From the NCBI GenBank assembly GCA_044892505.1, contig CM097884.1:121272001-121336000 (forward strand): a stretch of DNA of 64,000 nt, written 5' to 3'. How positions within the stretch are numbered: position 1 is the first letter of the stretch; the number at the start of each line of letters is the position of its first letter. The position numbers and the translations under genes are program-made. Origin of the DNA: Schmidtea nova. Lineage: Eukaryota. Below, one piece after another: positions 52,516 through 64,000 of the stretch. The notes beneath the pieces were generated by a model, which was not told the origin of the DNA, did no database searches, and saw only the letters and a list, made by a program, of their open reading frames with translations.

Positions 52516-54841
52516 GTAATATTGTATATATACTGTATTTGTTTGCCGAGATCCGATTGCGCGGGTATTTCCGTTCATGCATTGGTTTATTTACCATCTT
52601 GTTCGGGTAAAGAATGCCTGGATCTTTAACTATTACTTTTATAAAGAAAACTTCGCAATATGATAATATGTAGTTTTTCGAGTTTCCTTGACTTCATTTT
52701 TATTAGCGTCGAAAATCCATACTCGAAAAGGTAAGAACCTTTAAATGGTAACAACAATTTTATTACTTCATTTCTCAGTCGAGTAAATTTGCTGCTCAGA
52801 GATATCCAGAACTCTGAGTGTTATTTTTATTCAGATTTTATTTAAATGAATTCAACTTTTTAGCAATTATGATGCTAAAAGTATTTTTATTTTGAAGTTT
52901 ACTTTCGAAATCTGACGTAACTTTGATCTACTGTTAGTAGCTGCTTTCTCATTTGTCGAAACAATTTGTTTTGGATTAAATATTTTTTACATGAAAGTAC
53001 AGTGATTTTCTAAATCTACTGCTAGTCATTACTTGCATTATTTTGAAGTCAAATGTTTCAGCAATTCACATAAAATAAAGCTGAACAAAAATTCACTGCG
53101 CAAATAATAACAAAAAATTCTCAGATTTTTTCCTTATATATTTTATGCTCAAGAAAATATGATTACTGTGTTCTATTTAATTTCGCGCATTAAACGCATG
53201 ATACGCGAAATCGCAAATTATAAATTGAAGATTTTCTGAAGTTAACTTTTTGAAATTGTTATTTACGTGTAACTGATGCAGCATAGTATTGATGAAATGC
53301 TTTTGTAAAATGAATATTTCAAATTTATAGCAATTTTAATGATAATTATAATTTGTATAAAATTGTGCTTTCTTTGTAGTTGCATAAATTAAATAATGAA
53401 TTAATAATAGGGATTGAAAAATTACCGAGTTTTGGTTTTACCGGTAAAAGGTAAATATTTTAAATAATAACCGGTTTACCGGTTTACTTGTAAAATTTTT
53501 TAAATTGAAAATTAGGTATTAGCAATAGCCAAGAAGTAAAAAAAATTCAAAAAAATTGTATGTACAAGAAATAATTAACAATAACTTTATAATATATTAT
53601 AATAAAAGCTTAATTAATTAATACAAGAAAATAAAAACGTACACATTAATTTATTCAATAATAATAAAACAACACAAAAGCATTAAAAAATCTTTTAAAT
53701 ATATATTAGAAGATCTTTTGTTGCATTGAAATATGCACGGAGCAGACATATCGTATCTATTGTGGTATCCCAAAGTCTGGATCTTATTTTCGTGCATATT
53801 ACCCCTGCTGATGAAAAAGCTCGCTCGGATTCTTGATGAAAGATGGTTGAACGCCAGCGTTAAATATTTACCACTGCTTTGTTCAAACACAGCGATTTAT
53901 TTTTTAACCAGTTTTGATAAGGTTGCTGTTTTTTGTTATTAGAGCGCGGGGAATTTTATTTAATTTTAAGACAATTTTATGTTTCATAGCCAATTGCAAC
54001 ATGCCTTTCATGGACAATTGTGTTGATTCAACGACTTCAGATACACGATCATCAGATGACTAAGTTATTCCATTCACTGTTATTTATAACGTTTAAGCGT
54101 TCTATAAGAGACAATAATTTTTGTAATTTTAGATTTATTAAATTAAATTAAATTGTAATTATCCTCTAGATCAGGGCTTCTTAAACTATGGGTCGCGACC
54201 TCAAATGGGGGTCGCTTAGCAAAATCTTGGGGTCGTGAAATTTTAATGTAAAATATTTAAATACTCGAATTTATAAAATCTAGATATTTAATTGTGACAT
54301 AATCACACTCAAACTTTTTTATCACTCGCAATTTTTAATTTTATATTTTTGTATGATTCTTAACAAATTCTAAAACTATATTTTTTTCATATGTATGTAT
54401 ATTGTTACCTAATCAATAGGGCTTGCAATACCGATTAACCGATTTACCGGTTAACCGGTAAATTGCTAAAAAATTCATTACCGAAAAACCGGTAAATTCA
54501 TTATTTTTTACCGGTTTTTTCTGTAAAAATTTAAACTTTATATTATACAATATTTATCGTTTTGTTCCGTTCCGTGCATACTATTTTATAAGTAAATAGT
54601 TGAATTTAATATTTAAAATTAATAATTATACTATAATAAAGAAATTCGACTTTATTTATAAAGTAGTATGTACGGAACAAAACGAAAAATATTGTAAAAT
54701 ATAAAAAGTTTCACACTTCTGTTCAGTGGTCACAAGTCACACTCGCACCTACGTAAATATAAAACAAATTTTTGTTTCTTGTTGTGTATGCAAATGCGTG
54801 AAATATTCATGCTTAATATTCTATTATTCTATACATATATA

Positions 54842-54929
54842 TGTTAAGTGCTCGCTCAAACCGTGTTAAGTGCTCGCTCAAACCGTGTTAAGTGCTCGCT
54901 CAAACCGTGTTAAGTGCTCGCTCAAACCG
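54842..54929. repeat. Tandem repeat, 4 x 22 bp (TGTTAAGTGCTCGCTCAAACCG), in the inner hAT 5' region
   Basis: Four exact units visible. Confidence 0.9.
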
Positions 54930-55188
54930 AAGTAGAAATTTTTTTTTTGATTGTAATATTCAAGTTATATACTGACAGAAACGAATGTTTTTCGTGGAAT
55001 TTCGAAATATTGAACAATTTTAACTGTTAAAATTGAAATACATAAATTGTTGCAGTATATAATTTATAATAAATATATCGAATTTTTTTTTAATATAATA
55101 GAACGTCTCATAACATTTAATAAAGGTAAGGTAATACAAAAAATACTAATTTATTCGTTATTTAAAACCAAAAAATATTTTAGCCATC

Positions 55189-57145
55189 ATGCGTACAAAT
55201 TTAATATGGACCTATTTCAAAGAAACAAATAAGAATGAAGCCGTCTGCAATAGTTGTGCGAAACCGATTAAATGTGTTGGTGGTAGCACTAGCGGTTTGC
55301 ATGCCCATCTTAAATCTCAGCATAAAATTAATCTATTGAAGAGAAAAGATGACGAGAGTGATATGGCATCATCTAGTCAAATTACAAACAAAGTCATCGC
55401 TAGCACTACAAACAATAATATATCAAATTTCTTTATAAAAAAGGTTGATGATTCACTTCCAGCTGTTCTCGCGCGTTTGACAGCAAAAGATAATATACCG
55501 TTTTATAGAGTTGCCACATCCTACGATATCCGAGTACTAATTAAAGCTAAATATAATAAAGAAGTACCAAGATCTTCCCATACGATCAAAAAAATTGTAA
55601 TGGACTATGGGGATAAAATTCGCAAACAAGTGGTTGAAGATTTATCCAACCGAAAAGCTAATAATAGTGTATTCAGTTTGACGTTTGACGAGTGGACGTC
55701 TGTTAAGAATCGACGATATATGAACATAAACGTTCATGGAAATGACCGCTTTTGGAACTTGGGTCTTGTGAGAGTACATGGTTCGATGCCAGCTGATAAA
55801 TGTATAACGCTGTTGCAAAATAAGTTAAATGAGTTCAAACTAACTTTAGACAACATTTTTTCAATAACAACTGATGGTGCTTCAGTGATGAAGAAAGTAG
55901 GTTCGTTGATTAATGCTAATCATCAATTGTGTTTAGCACACGGCATTCAGCTAGCCGTCATTAATGTTTTATATCGTAAAAAAGACATGAGCGATATTCA
56001 TATAGAGGAAGTAAGTATTGTGGATGAAACAGAAACCGATTTAGAAAGTGAAGAAGGCATTTCCGAAGAAGATGAAGTGGGCTTTGAAGTAATTAATACG
56101 GTACCCACTTGTATTGATGTTCAACATGAAGAAATAAGTCCTCTAATAACAGAAATTAGAAAAGTTGTTGTATTGTTTCGCAGATCCCCTACAAAGAACG
56201 ACAATTTACAGAATTATATTAAGGAAGAATTTAACAAAGAGCTATCCTTGATCATAGACTCAAAAACCAGATGGAATAGTCTTTGTGCAATGCTAGAGAG
56301 ATTCTGCGAAGTTGAAAGTGCAATAAGAAAAAGTTTAATCGACATTAAATCTGAGTTAAGTTTCAGCGAAAATGAAGTTTTTTTACTTAAAAATATAATT
56401 GCATCATTGCAACCAGTAAAACTTGCTGTGGAAGCACTATGTCGAGAAGACGTTAATTTATATGTTTCAGACATAACAATGAAATTTATGTTAGATGAGC
56501 TTAGTGTGCAAAACACACTTCTAAGTAAAGAACTTAAAGAATCTCTAATTATACGTATTAAAGAAAGGAAAAACATTTGTGCAGATATTTTGCACTATCT
56601 CCATGATCCAAATGTAATTAATGTAAGAATAAGAAATGACGATGATAATTAAGAAATATTCAATAAAACAACAAAACCATTGATAATAAAAAAATCGTTG
56701 AATTAATTGAACGGTTTACGTTAAATGAAGAGTCTGAAACTGAAATTTCAGATTCAGAAACATGTACTTCAAATGAGCGTGCAACTCCGTCAACATCAGC
56801 ATCGCCAGCGTTAACAATGAAAGAAAAGCTGCAACTTACAATTCAGCAGAAGATGAATAAATCGAATTTGGAAAGTACTCGCCCAAAATCACCTAAAGGT
56901 AAATATTAGCAAACATTATTAAAAAGGAAATGGACTTTTTCCAAGAACAGAACATCCGAGGTAAATATTTAGAGAAAGCATTTCAAATGTTGTTGACTGT
57001 TCGAGCGACAAGTGTCGAATCGGAGCGCGCGTTTTCAGCAGCCGGTCTGATCTGCACCAAATTGAGGTCGAGCTTAAATGATAACACGTTAAACATAATG
57101 TGTTTTTTAAGGCAGTATTTTAATCAAAAACAAGAGTTGAAATGA
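55189..57145 (+). pseudogene. hAT transposase: BED finger, DDE and dimerisation domain; disrupted after 56652
   Basis: WTYF..CNSC..STSGLHAHLKSQH; FDEWTS; TTDGAS; CLAHGIQL; TRWNS; ATSVESERAFS. Stop at 56650 and frameshifts before the C-terminal part. Confidence 0.88.
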
Positions 57146-59980
57146 AGTTTTAATTTTTTTCTAATTTGCGTTTATACTTTTTTTATGTATTATAATGTTA
57201 TGATTATGAATTAATAAAATATAAGAATGAATTAATAAAATAACTGACTTGAATTTTATAAAACATATTATAAGTAATTAGTTTGAATAAAATATCAACT
57301 AACTAAAATACTCTCAAAATTACCGGTAAATTACCGGTTTTTTCCACATAAATTACCGAATTACCGGTAATTGAAAAAGTCGGTAAATTTGCAAGCCCTA
57401 CTAATCAATAAATCATCACAGAATATTTATATCTTTTTATATTTATATGGGGTCGCCAAAAAACTCACAATCATAAAAGGGGTCGTGAATGAAAAAAGTT
57501 TAAGAAGCCCTGCTCTAGATAAATATTCTTAAATTCAAGCGGATTATGCAAAAACTGGATAACATTGGGAAAACTTGTACCACGCTTTTGTAATCGTAAA
57601 ATTAATTTATATTTTAATTCTCTACTTTGTGCAGACAATTCATCAAGCATGAATTTTATGGTGACATCGGCATTTAATAATGTACAATCAGATGCACCTA
57701 AGGCTTCTACAGCCAATTTTACAGGTAGCAACGTAGATATTATCGAGTTAATAAAATCAATTTCATTTGCTGAAAAAGAAATTTCAATATTTAAATAAAT
57801 AAGACTCTTTCTGACACATGATTTTAATTGACAGAAGCGTTCAACCATATCTAATAGGCTGTTCCATCTTGTCCTACTAACCAAAATAAAACAATTTTTT
57901 CCCAAATTCATTTTTCATGTGATGTCGAAGAACATCATCTTTCATGGGGGAACGACGAAATAATTTTACCACTCGTCGAATTTTTGTTATAATTGGTAAT
58001 ATAGTTTCGTTTGAAACATCACTTTCATCTACCAAATCAAATTCTAAGCTGGAAGCGTCAGGTAGGTAATATTCTTCTCCCTCTTCCTCTTCATCATCCA
58101 CTTCACTCGACTTCCCAGATACTGATACTGGTTCTACTATATTCTTTTTATATAAGACTTTTTGTATTCCATGTGCTAAACATAACTGATGATTTGTGTT
58201 CAAGCTTAAGCCTAACTTCAAAACTTTAATGTAACTTCACAATTTAAAACGAATTTCAACTATGACCTCAAATTAACACAATTAAGAAATACTTAAACAA
58301 ATATTTAAAATAATATTTAAAAATTGACACAATTTTCAGGACATACAATTTTAATTGGTGAATTTGGATAATAAATATGAATTTAAAATATAGTTCAGTT
58401 ATTTTTCAAGGATAATATTGAAATAATTTTTAAAAAATTACCGAAAGAACCGGTAATTTTTTTAAATTTACCGTTAATTTCGGTAATCAAATTGGCCGGT
58501 AAATCGGTAAACCAATTACCGGTTTTGCAATCCCTAATAATAACAAAGTTTTCTGTGATTATTTTCGATATTAAAATAATCTTTATCAATCTTATTTAAG
58601 AATCTAGGTGGAGTCTAAATCCCTAACTGTTGTTTCTTTCTATCAAATTATCTTTTTTAATTTGATGTAAATCTGATTAATACAATATTATTTACTATAA
58701 TTACTATTCTATTACAATTAATAATTACCGCTACTTATTTATCGGAATTCCTAATGTAAATCGGGATTTAGTTATTATGCCAATAGATTTATAGTTATTA
58801 ATTATTTTAAGTTACAACATACTATTTTTTTTAATAATTCGATCTTAAGAATTAAAATAATTTTAAACAACTTGATAAATTTTTTTCATCATCTGAGAAT
58901 TTTATTAAACATTTAGTATATTTTAAAAACTTATTCAAAATTTCATATGGGCGTATTAACCGTGCGCTTAAACATATTTAATGGGCAAAAGAATTTACTG
59001 TTCGCTAATTAAAAAATTTGTGCGCCAAATTTTATTTCTGTGCTCTAGAATAAATATTTTGGAGCGCATAAAAATATATTTAAGCTAAAAAAATCAATAT
59101 GAGCTACTATTTAAGACAGCACTATTTCAGATTCGAAGAATTCAGAATCTGAATGATATTCTTATAGCAACACATATTCAGTGCTGTCGTCCATTTAAAA
59201 AATTTGTTTTAGTTTTTTACCTTTAAGGGATTTAAAACCTTTTAAATTTAAAACCTTTTAATTAAAATAGTTCATCATAAAATATATTTTAGAGAACGCA
59301 TGGTCTATAGCGCCAAGTAATTTAATTAAGATTTAATTAAATTTATATAACTGCTCAAATAATATTTTTAAACGACGATGTTTTATTTAGTTAAGCTCCC
59401 AAATAATAATCACTATCTAATCATTTTTTCTAAATTTTTTGAAATCATTCACTTTTTATTAATTATTTTTTCAGTATTCCTTAAATTTTATTCCAAACTT
59501 ATTAATTTTTATTTATGAAATGTCTATTTTATGCTAAAATTATCTGTAAGCTAAATCTTTCGAATTTATTTTTTTTTTAAATTACATGTTTATTTTAATT
59601 TTTTGTACCAATTTAATTAATTAAAGCTATAACTTTCTTTATTTCTTAGTTACTTGATAAGTTTCTGTTTTTATTTTATCGAGTTTTCTATCTTGTATTG
59701 AATCTTTTAGTTTTCTGTTGTATTTACAAATAGTTTTATTTATCTTGTTTAGTTGAATATATTAATTGTATTTTAGAACTCTAAAAGACAGGATATTTTT
59801 AAAACATTCTTATTTTAAATATTTTTAGAGAAATAATGTTATTTGTAAATGTTTGTATTTATTATACACAAATGTAGATTTTAAACATGAATGATGCAGC
59901 AAGTTTGATATTTGTTATTACCATCAACAAATAAATACAATTTTAAAAATTTATTCAAAATAATACATAAAATCAAATAA

Positions 59981-60643
59981 TTATAATTCTCCGAAGAACG
60001 AATTGTAACTTTCCAAAAGACTTTGAATAGTCTCGGTTTTCTCACATGAATCAACGCAATCACACTGATTTTTTATGAGTTTTAATTGTTCGATGCAGTG
60101 GTTCTTAATTTTACATTTGAGGTCTTCAGTCACTTGTTGACTTGTAATAACACAAACATTAATGTATACAAATTTAATTATATTTGTTATGTGTCTCACA
60201 ATATTCTCTACAATGTTTTGCAATGGCATATAAATAAACTGCCTATTGCATATATATTCATTTTGAATATATAAAGATTGTCGGTCCAATACACGAAGTA
60301 GAAATTTTAAACATTGACTAATGTATTGTTGTGTTATAAGAATATCACATAATAAATAAGGTGATACCATAATTGTTTTTAATATACTTAAAAACTTACG
60401 AAGGACTTGGCTAGATATATTTAAACTCTCATGACAAAGAAGTTGGGCACTATTTTTAGAAGAATTTTTAAATATGTTATTTTCTATTTCTTTTATCCTA
60501 TTTGCTATTCGATTGTTAGTAAATGTTATATCTGATGCAATTGAATCTGATTGGTTAAACGATAATTCTGGAAAAATAATCTTCACTTCATCTAATATGA
60601 AACTGTTGCAATAAGTCAAAATTCTTTTTATCAACCATATCAA
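59981..60643 (-). CDS. 220-codon ORF of unknown function; no ATG at the start, possibly the 3' part of the upstream RING gene
   Basis: Long open frame in very AT-rich DNA, 22 nt downstream of the RING ORF stop. Confidence 0.45.
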   Translation of the reverse strand: MIWLIKRILTYCNSFILDEVKIIFPELSFNQSDSIASDITFTNNRIANRIKEIENNIFKNSSKNSAQLLCHESLNISSQVLRKFLSILKTIMVSPYLLCDILITQQYISQCLKFLLRVLDRQSLYIQNEYICNRQFIYMPLQNIVENIVRHITNIIKFVYINVCVITSQQVTEDLKCKIKNHCIEQLKLIKNQCDCVDSCEKTETIQSLLESYNSFFGEL

Positions 60644-60665
60644 TAAAATTTTACAACAATATAAA

Positions 60666-61322
60666 CTATTTATTGTTTTTGTAATATGATTTGTTATTTT
60701 CTGAAAATAAAAAAATAATTTGTTTTCGATTCATTGTTTCATTTTTATACGCAACGACGCCCTTGTTTATGAATTTAAAAATTTTCCGTTCTATTTTATT
60801 ATAAAATCTAAATTTATTTATTTGATTTACTAGTTCTGTCAAAAAGGGCATTTTGTTTCTGCCAATTTTTTGTTGAATCGAATAGAGTTCTTTGAATAAA
60901 TTCTCATAGTTTGATGTAGTAGATATTGATGGCTGATTCATTGAAAGGTAGTTAGTCGATAGTTCTGCAAATATTTCATAGATATCATCTTCTGACATTT
61001 CTTTATTTATAGGTTTGTAAAGATACTGTAACAACATACTGGGAACATCATTGAATATTGAATAAAATTGTATTATGATTTTATATATTTTAGTAAAATT
61101 AATAGAATTGATAAAATCCACAGTACTAATGATATTTATTAATGCCTCATTTGTAAACTTTAATGATTCAATCTTTGATCTATCCATTGGACAAGTTGGA
61201 TTATAAACTATCCATTCTTTGATGCAATTTATACAAAAAACATGTCCACAAGTTTCCAATTTGACATTTGATTTACTGTCCATCGGCGAATAGCATATCA
61301 AACATTCTAGATCGTTTTCCAT
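60666..61322 (-). CDS. N-terminal RING-finger (C3HC4) protein, 218 aa
   Basis: CLICYSPMDSKSNVKLETCGHVFCINCIKEWIVYNPTCPMDR. Confidence 0.75.
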   Translation of the reverse strand: MENDLECLICYSPMDSKSNVKLETCGHVFCINCIKEWIVYNPTCPMDRSKIESLKFTNEALINIISTVDFINSINFTKIYKIIIQFYSIFNDVPSMLLQYLYKPINKEMSEDDIYEIFAELSTNYLSMNQPSISTTSNYENLFKELYSIQQKIGRNKMPFLTELVNQINKFRFYNKIERKIFKFINKGVVAYKNETMNRKQIIFLFSENNKSYYKNNK

Positions 61323-62968
61323 TTAAATATATATAAATATATCTCAATTGTAAATTATTTAAACAATATTTAATTATAAATGTCATTGTGGTAAAATTAA
61401 ATATAAACTGATTCCAGTTGATTTTGAAATTTAAAATATTTTAAAATAATTTTCATTGAGATTTATTGATCTTTCGGTTATTTGAATATATTATTGCTAA
61501 TATAAAATTAGCAAAATGTTACAGTTTATTAATTTTTAAAATTAATTAAATTTATAATATTTATTACAAAAAAAATATTTTAAATTTAAATTTAAATTTT
61601 TATTTTTTTTCTGGAATTTAAGATTTTTAAAATTAATCAATCGCAAACAATGCAGATTACATCAAGATTTTTTTATTTTTTTTAAAAGAATAGATTAAAT
61701 TCAATTATAATATGAAAGCTTAAAAATTCTTATTATATCATTTATAAATAGTTTAAATAGTATAGGATAATAATCAGATAAAATTAAATATTTTTAATAA
61801 ATATATTTTTAATAAATTTAATAAATAATTTTTGATAAATATATAATTTTTGATAAATAAATTTTAATAAATAAATTTTTAATAAATTAAATAATTTTTA
61901 ATAAATATATTTTGAAAAACAAGTCCTGATGATAAACTATGCATTTGATTTTCGTTGTATTTAAAGCACAATATTTAATTTTAAAAATAACATTTCTTTA
62001 AAAATACTTTATTTAATTAATTTAAAACAATTTTAGACAACAAATAATTTTTAAATATTTTTTAGTACTTTAATAATAAAATAAGAAAATTCTAAATAAT
62101 TTTAAAAATGTCACAAAATAAAAAATCAATTTTAATTGAAAATAAAAAAGCTATAAAAAAGCTATTAAATGCCCTAATGATAAACAATACATTTCATTTT
62201 TTGTGTATCTACATCCCGTTATTTAATTAAAAAATTATATTTAATTAATTTAAAACAATTCTTAGGTAACAAATAATTTTTAAATAATTTTAGTACTTTT
62301 TTAATCAAATAAGAAAATTTCAAATAATTTAAAAAAAGTTACAAAATATAAAATCAATTTTTATTGAAATTAAAAAAGCTATGATTAAAAATGCTGTTAA
62401 ATTGTTAATAAATTAAAACAATGAAGATTGATTAATGATCTAAAAGTATATAGAATATAAAATTAGATGCGCATTTAAATTTTATTTTTAGTGCATATAA
62501 AAATTTGTGTTGATTTTTAATTAATATTACGTTTGGATAATTGATTTTTTGTACTTACTAACTTCTATTTCGTAACATCTGTTATTCTGACATGCACACC
62601 TACACATCTTTATTAATTTTCCAGCGACTTTTGTTAATTACTCAAACAAATTTTTTTAGTAACTCATTCACGGTACATGATAATAACTGGTTCATATTCC
62701 ATCTCCTTTCGTATCTTTCGCCTGGGTTTAGTGGAATAGTAATAAAAATTCCCCTAATAACTCAAAAGATTCCAATCGCAATCGCCGTAACCCACTCTGC
62801 GGATAGTTTGCAAAATTCAATGATATTTAGCTTCTCACATTGAAAAATGGTTGAAAAATAATATTTAATATAACTACAATTTAAGTAGACGAATAGTATG
62901 AAAGAAAATGAAAAAGTATTCGAAAGGACTCATTCATTTATTCCATTTCCCCTGTCGAATAGTTCGGT

Positions 62969-63340
62969 TTATATGGGACTAGCCGGAGAATATGTTAACC
63001 AAATGACCTTTTTCTTCGGCTGATGCTTGGGTGGCGACAATGATAATATTTCTAACTCCTTAAAAATATATTGGGGATATAGCCAAAACGAATGGTCCTT
63101 TCCCAACCTTTTGAGTCCTCCGTCTAATTCGAACGAATAATGTCGCGTTAGATAAATGAAAATCTTCCTTGGATGCAATGGGCCATCGGAGGCCTCCTTG
63201 CCACCAAATCTCGTCTCGTCCGCCCTCCCAAACGGAGAACGGACATCGGCACTTTTTCTTTGACGCCATTTTATTATTTCGGCTTCTACCTGATGAAGAT
63301 TCTCAGACAGGAGAGGTTTTAGATTTCCTAGCACCCATTT
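62969..63340 (-). pseudogene. Frameshifted homologue of the giant element's LTR ORF153
   Basis: LKPLLSENLHQVEAEIIKWRQ / KCRCPFSVWEGGRDEIWWQGGLRWPI aligns with LKDLPASILRTLNCQIYKWRQ..RKCPFSIWDGGNDIILYRGGPNWPI. Confidence 0.75.
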
Positions 63341-63546
63341 CTTTTGTTGATCGGATTTGTGAGACTATACAGCGGTTTTCTTGGTTCGTGACCGTGGGTT
63401 GAATGTGGATAATTGATTTTTCATTTTCATCGAAACTGGAATTATACTGAATGATATTTATTATTCTAATCTAAACATGTTCGAGTGAATGATATTCAGC
63501 CAATTGTCATCGAATGTTCACATCCGGTAGATGTTGACATAATACG

Positions 63547-64000
63547 TGATAGGTCATGGGTGGGTTTTGAAGTTTTAGATGTTATATACTAGGGATCTCG
63601 CATCCATAACCTTATATAAGTCGACTAATTACACTCGTATGCACTTAACTACCCCCTAACTAGCTAACTTGACACTGCATACAGTGGCGAAAGAATGATG
63701 GGCAGGTGAGCCTTGTCACCGAAACTACTCCCCATTAATCTTCATCTACGAATTCGCGCTGCTGATGGGAGGTCTTATTCCTTCAAGTTTTGTCGTTCTC
63801 TTTTTCTATCCTTATCCTTGTCGGACCTTGAGATCATCTACTAGTTCTTGGTAACTCTATTGATCTTAACAAACACTATCTTAATAGGCATTTATACTAC
63901 GACATGAGAAAGAATTCTACACCCATATTATTTAAAATTTTATTCGTCTTAAAATAACAATTTCGTCTAAGAGTTCCAATTCTGATAATTCGTTTAAATG
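63547..64000 (-). mobile_element. End of a diverged LTR related to the giant element's LTR; continues beyond the window
   Basis: Collinear blocks shared with 29541-29780: TG..GGT(T)CATGG, ACTAGGGATC..CATCCAT, TACACTC, ATGATGGGCAGGTGAGC, ACTACTCCCCATT. Confidence 0.75.

Larger units (their letters stand above)
54417..57400 (+). mobile_element. Inner hAT transposon (2984 bp)
   Basis: TIR TAGGGCTTGCAA at both ends; 8-bp TSD CTAATCAA (54409-54416 / 57401-57408); ACCGGT subterminal repeats. Confidence 0.93.
54172..57512. mobile_element. Charlie/Buster-type hAT MITE (~349 bp native) containing the inner hAT
   Basis: TIR CAGGGCTTCTTAAACT at both ends; 8-bp TSD CTCTAGAT (54164-54171 / 57513-57520), matching the NTCTAGAN target consensus. 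Confidence 0.9.
53408..58536 (-). mobile_element. Outer hAT element (5'-deleted transposase), host of a nested MITE and hAT
   Basis: TIRs TAGGGATTGAAAA / TTTTGCAATCCCTA; subterminal TTACCGGT repeats; HQLCLAHGIQ, RTRWNS (57471-58221) and AFSSAGVICTKIRSRL (~53740-53820). TSD degenerate. Confidence 0.75.

Noticed and set aside
61950-62400. ~240-bp imperfect AT-rich direct duplication
   Set aside because: Low-complexity local duplication with no termini or coding signal.

Overview
Eukaryotic, very AT-rich genomic DNA. It is probably animal; the species cannot be identified from sequence, and the host introns seen are 56 and 169 nt. The window is dominated by a recently inserted, fully intact 29.7 kb Ty3/Gypsy LTR retroelement on the minus strand (2965-32658). 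It has ~3.1 kb LTRs that by eye differ at only 2 substitutions and 4 small indels, a 4-bp TSD (CCTG) and a tRNA-Pro PBS. It encodes a 1050-aa Gag with 3 CCHC knuckles and a single 4618-aa polyprotein: ubiquitin-like domains, AT-hook, Bcl-2-like domain, chuvirus/gB-like class III envelope glycoprotein, PR-RT-RNaseH-IN, ankyrin repeats and duplicated FN3-like/TM modules. It also carries an IAP-type RING ORF, a full-length TRAF, three unknown coiled-coil/membrane ORFs in an operon-like array, and two ORFs inside each LTR. This element and a second, ordinary 5.5 kb Ty3/Gypsy both sit inside one ~1.17 kb Merlin/IS1016-type DNA transposon, whose transposase rejoins in frame when both inserts are removed. 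The rest of the window holds the 5' part of host GPN1, an RLE-type non-LTR relic, hAT/piggyBac/Tigger relics, a solo LTR, a three-level hAT nest, TOPBP1 and PSMA6 5' fragments, a RING gene, and at the right edge a diverged relative of the giant element's LTR. All domain calls are motif recognition by eye and need HMM or structure confirmation.
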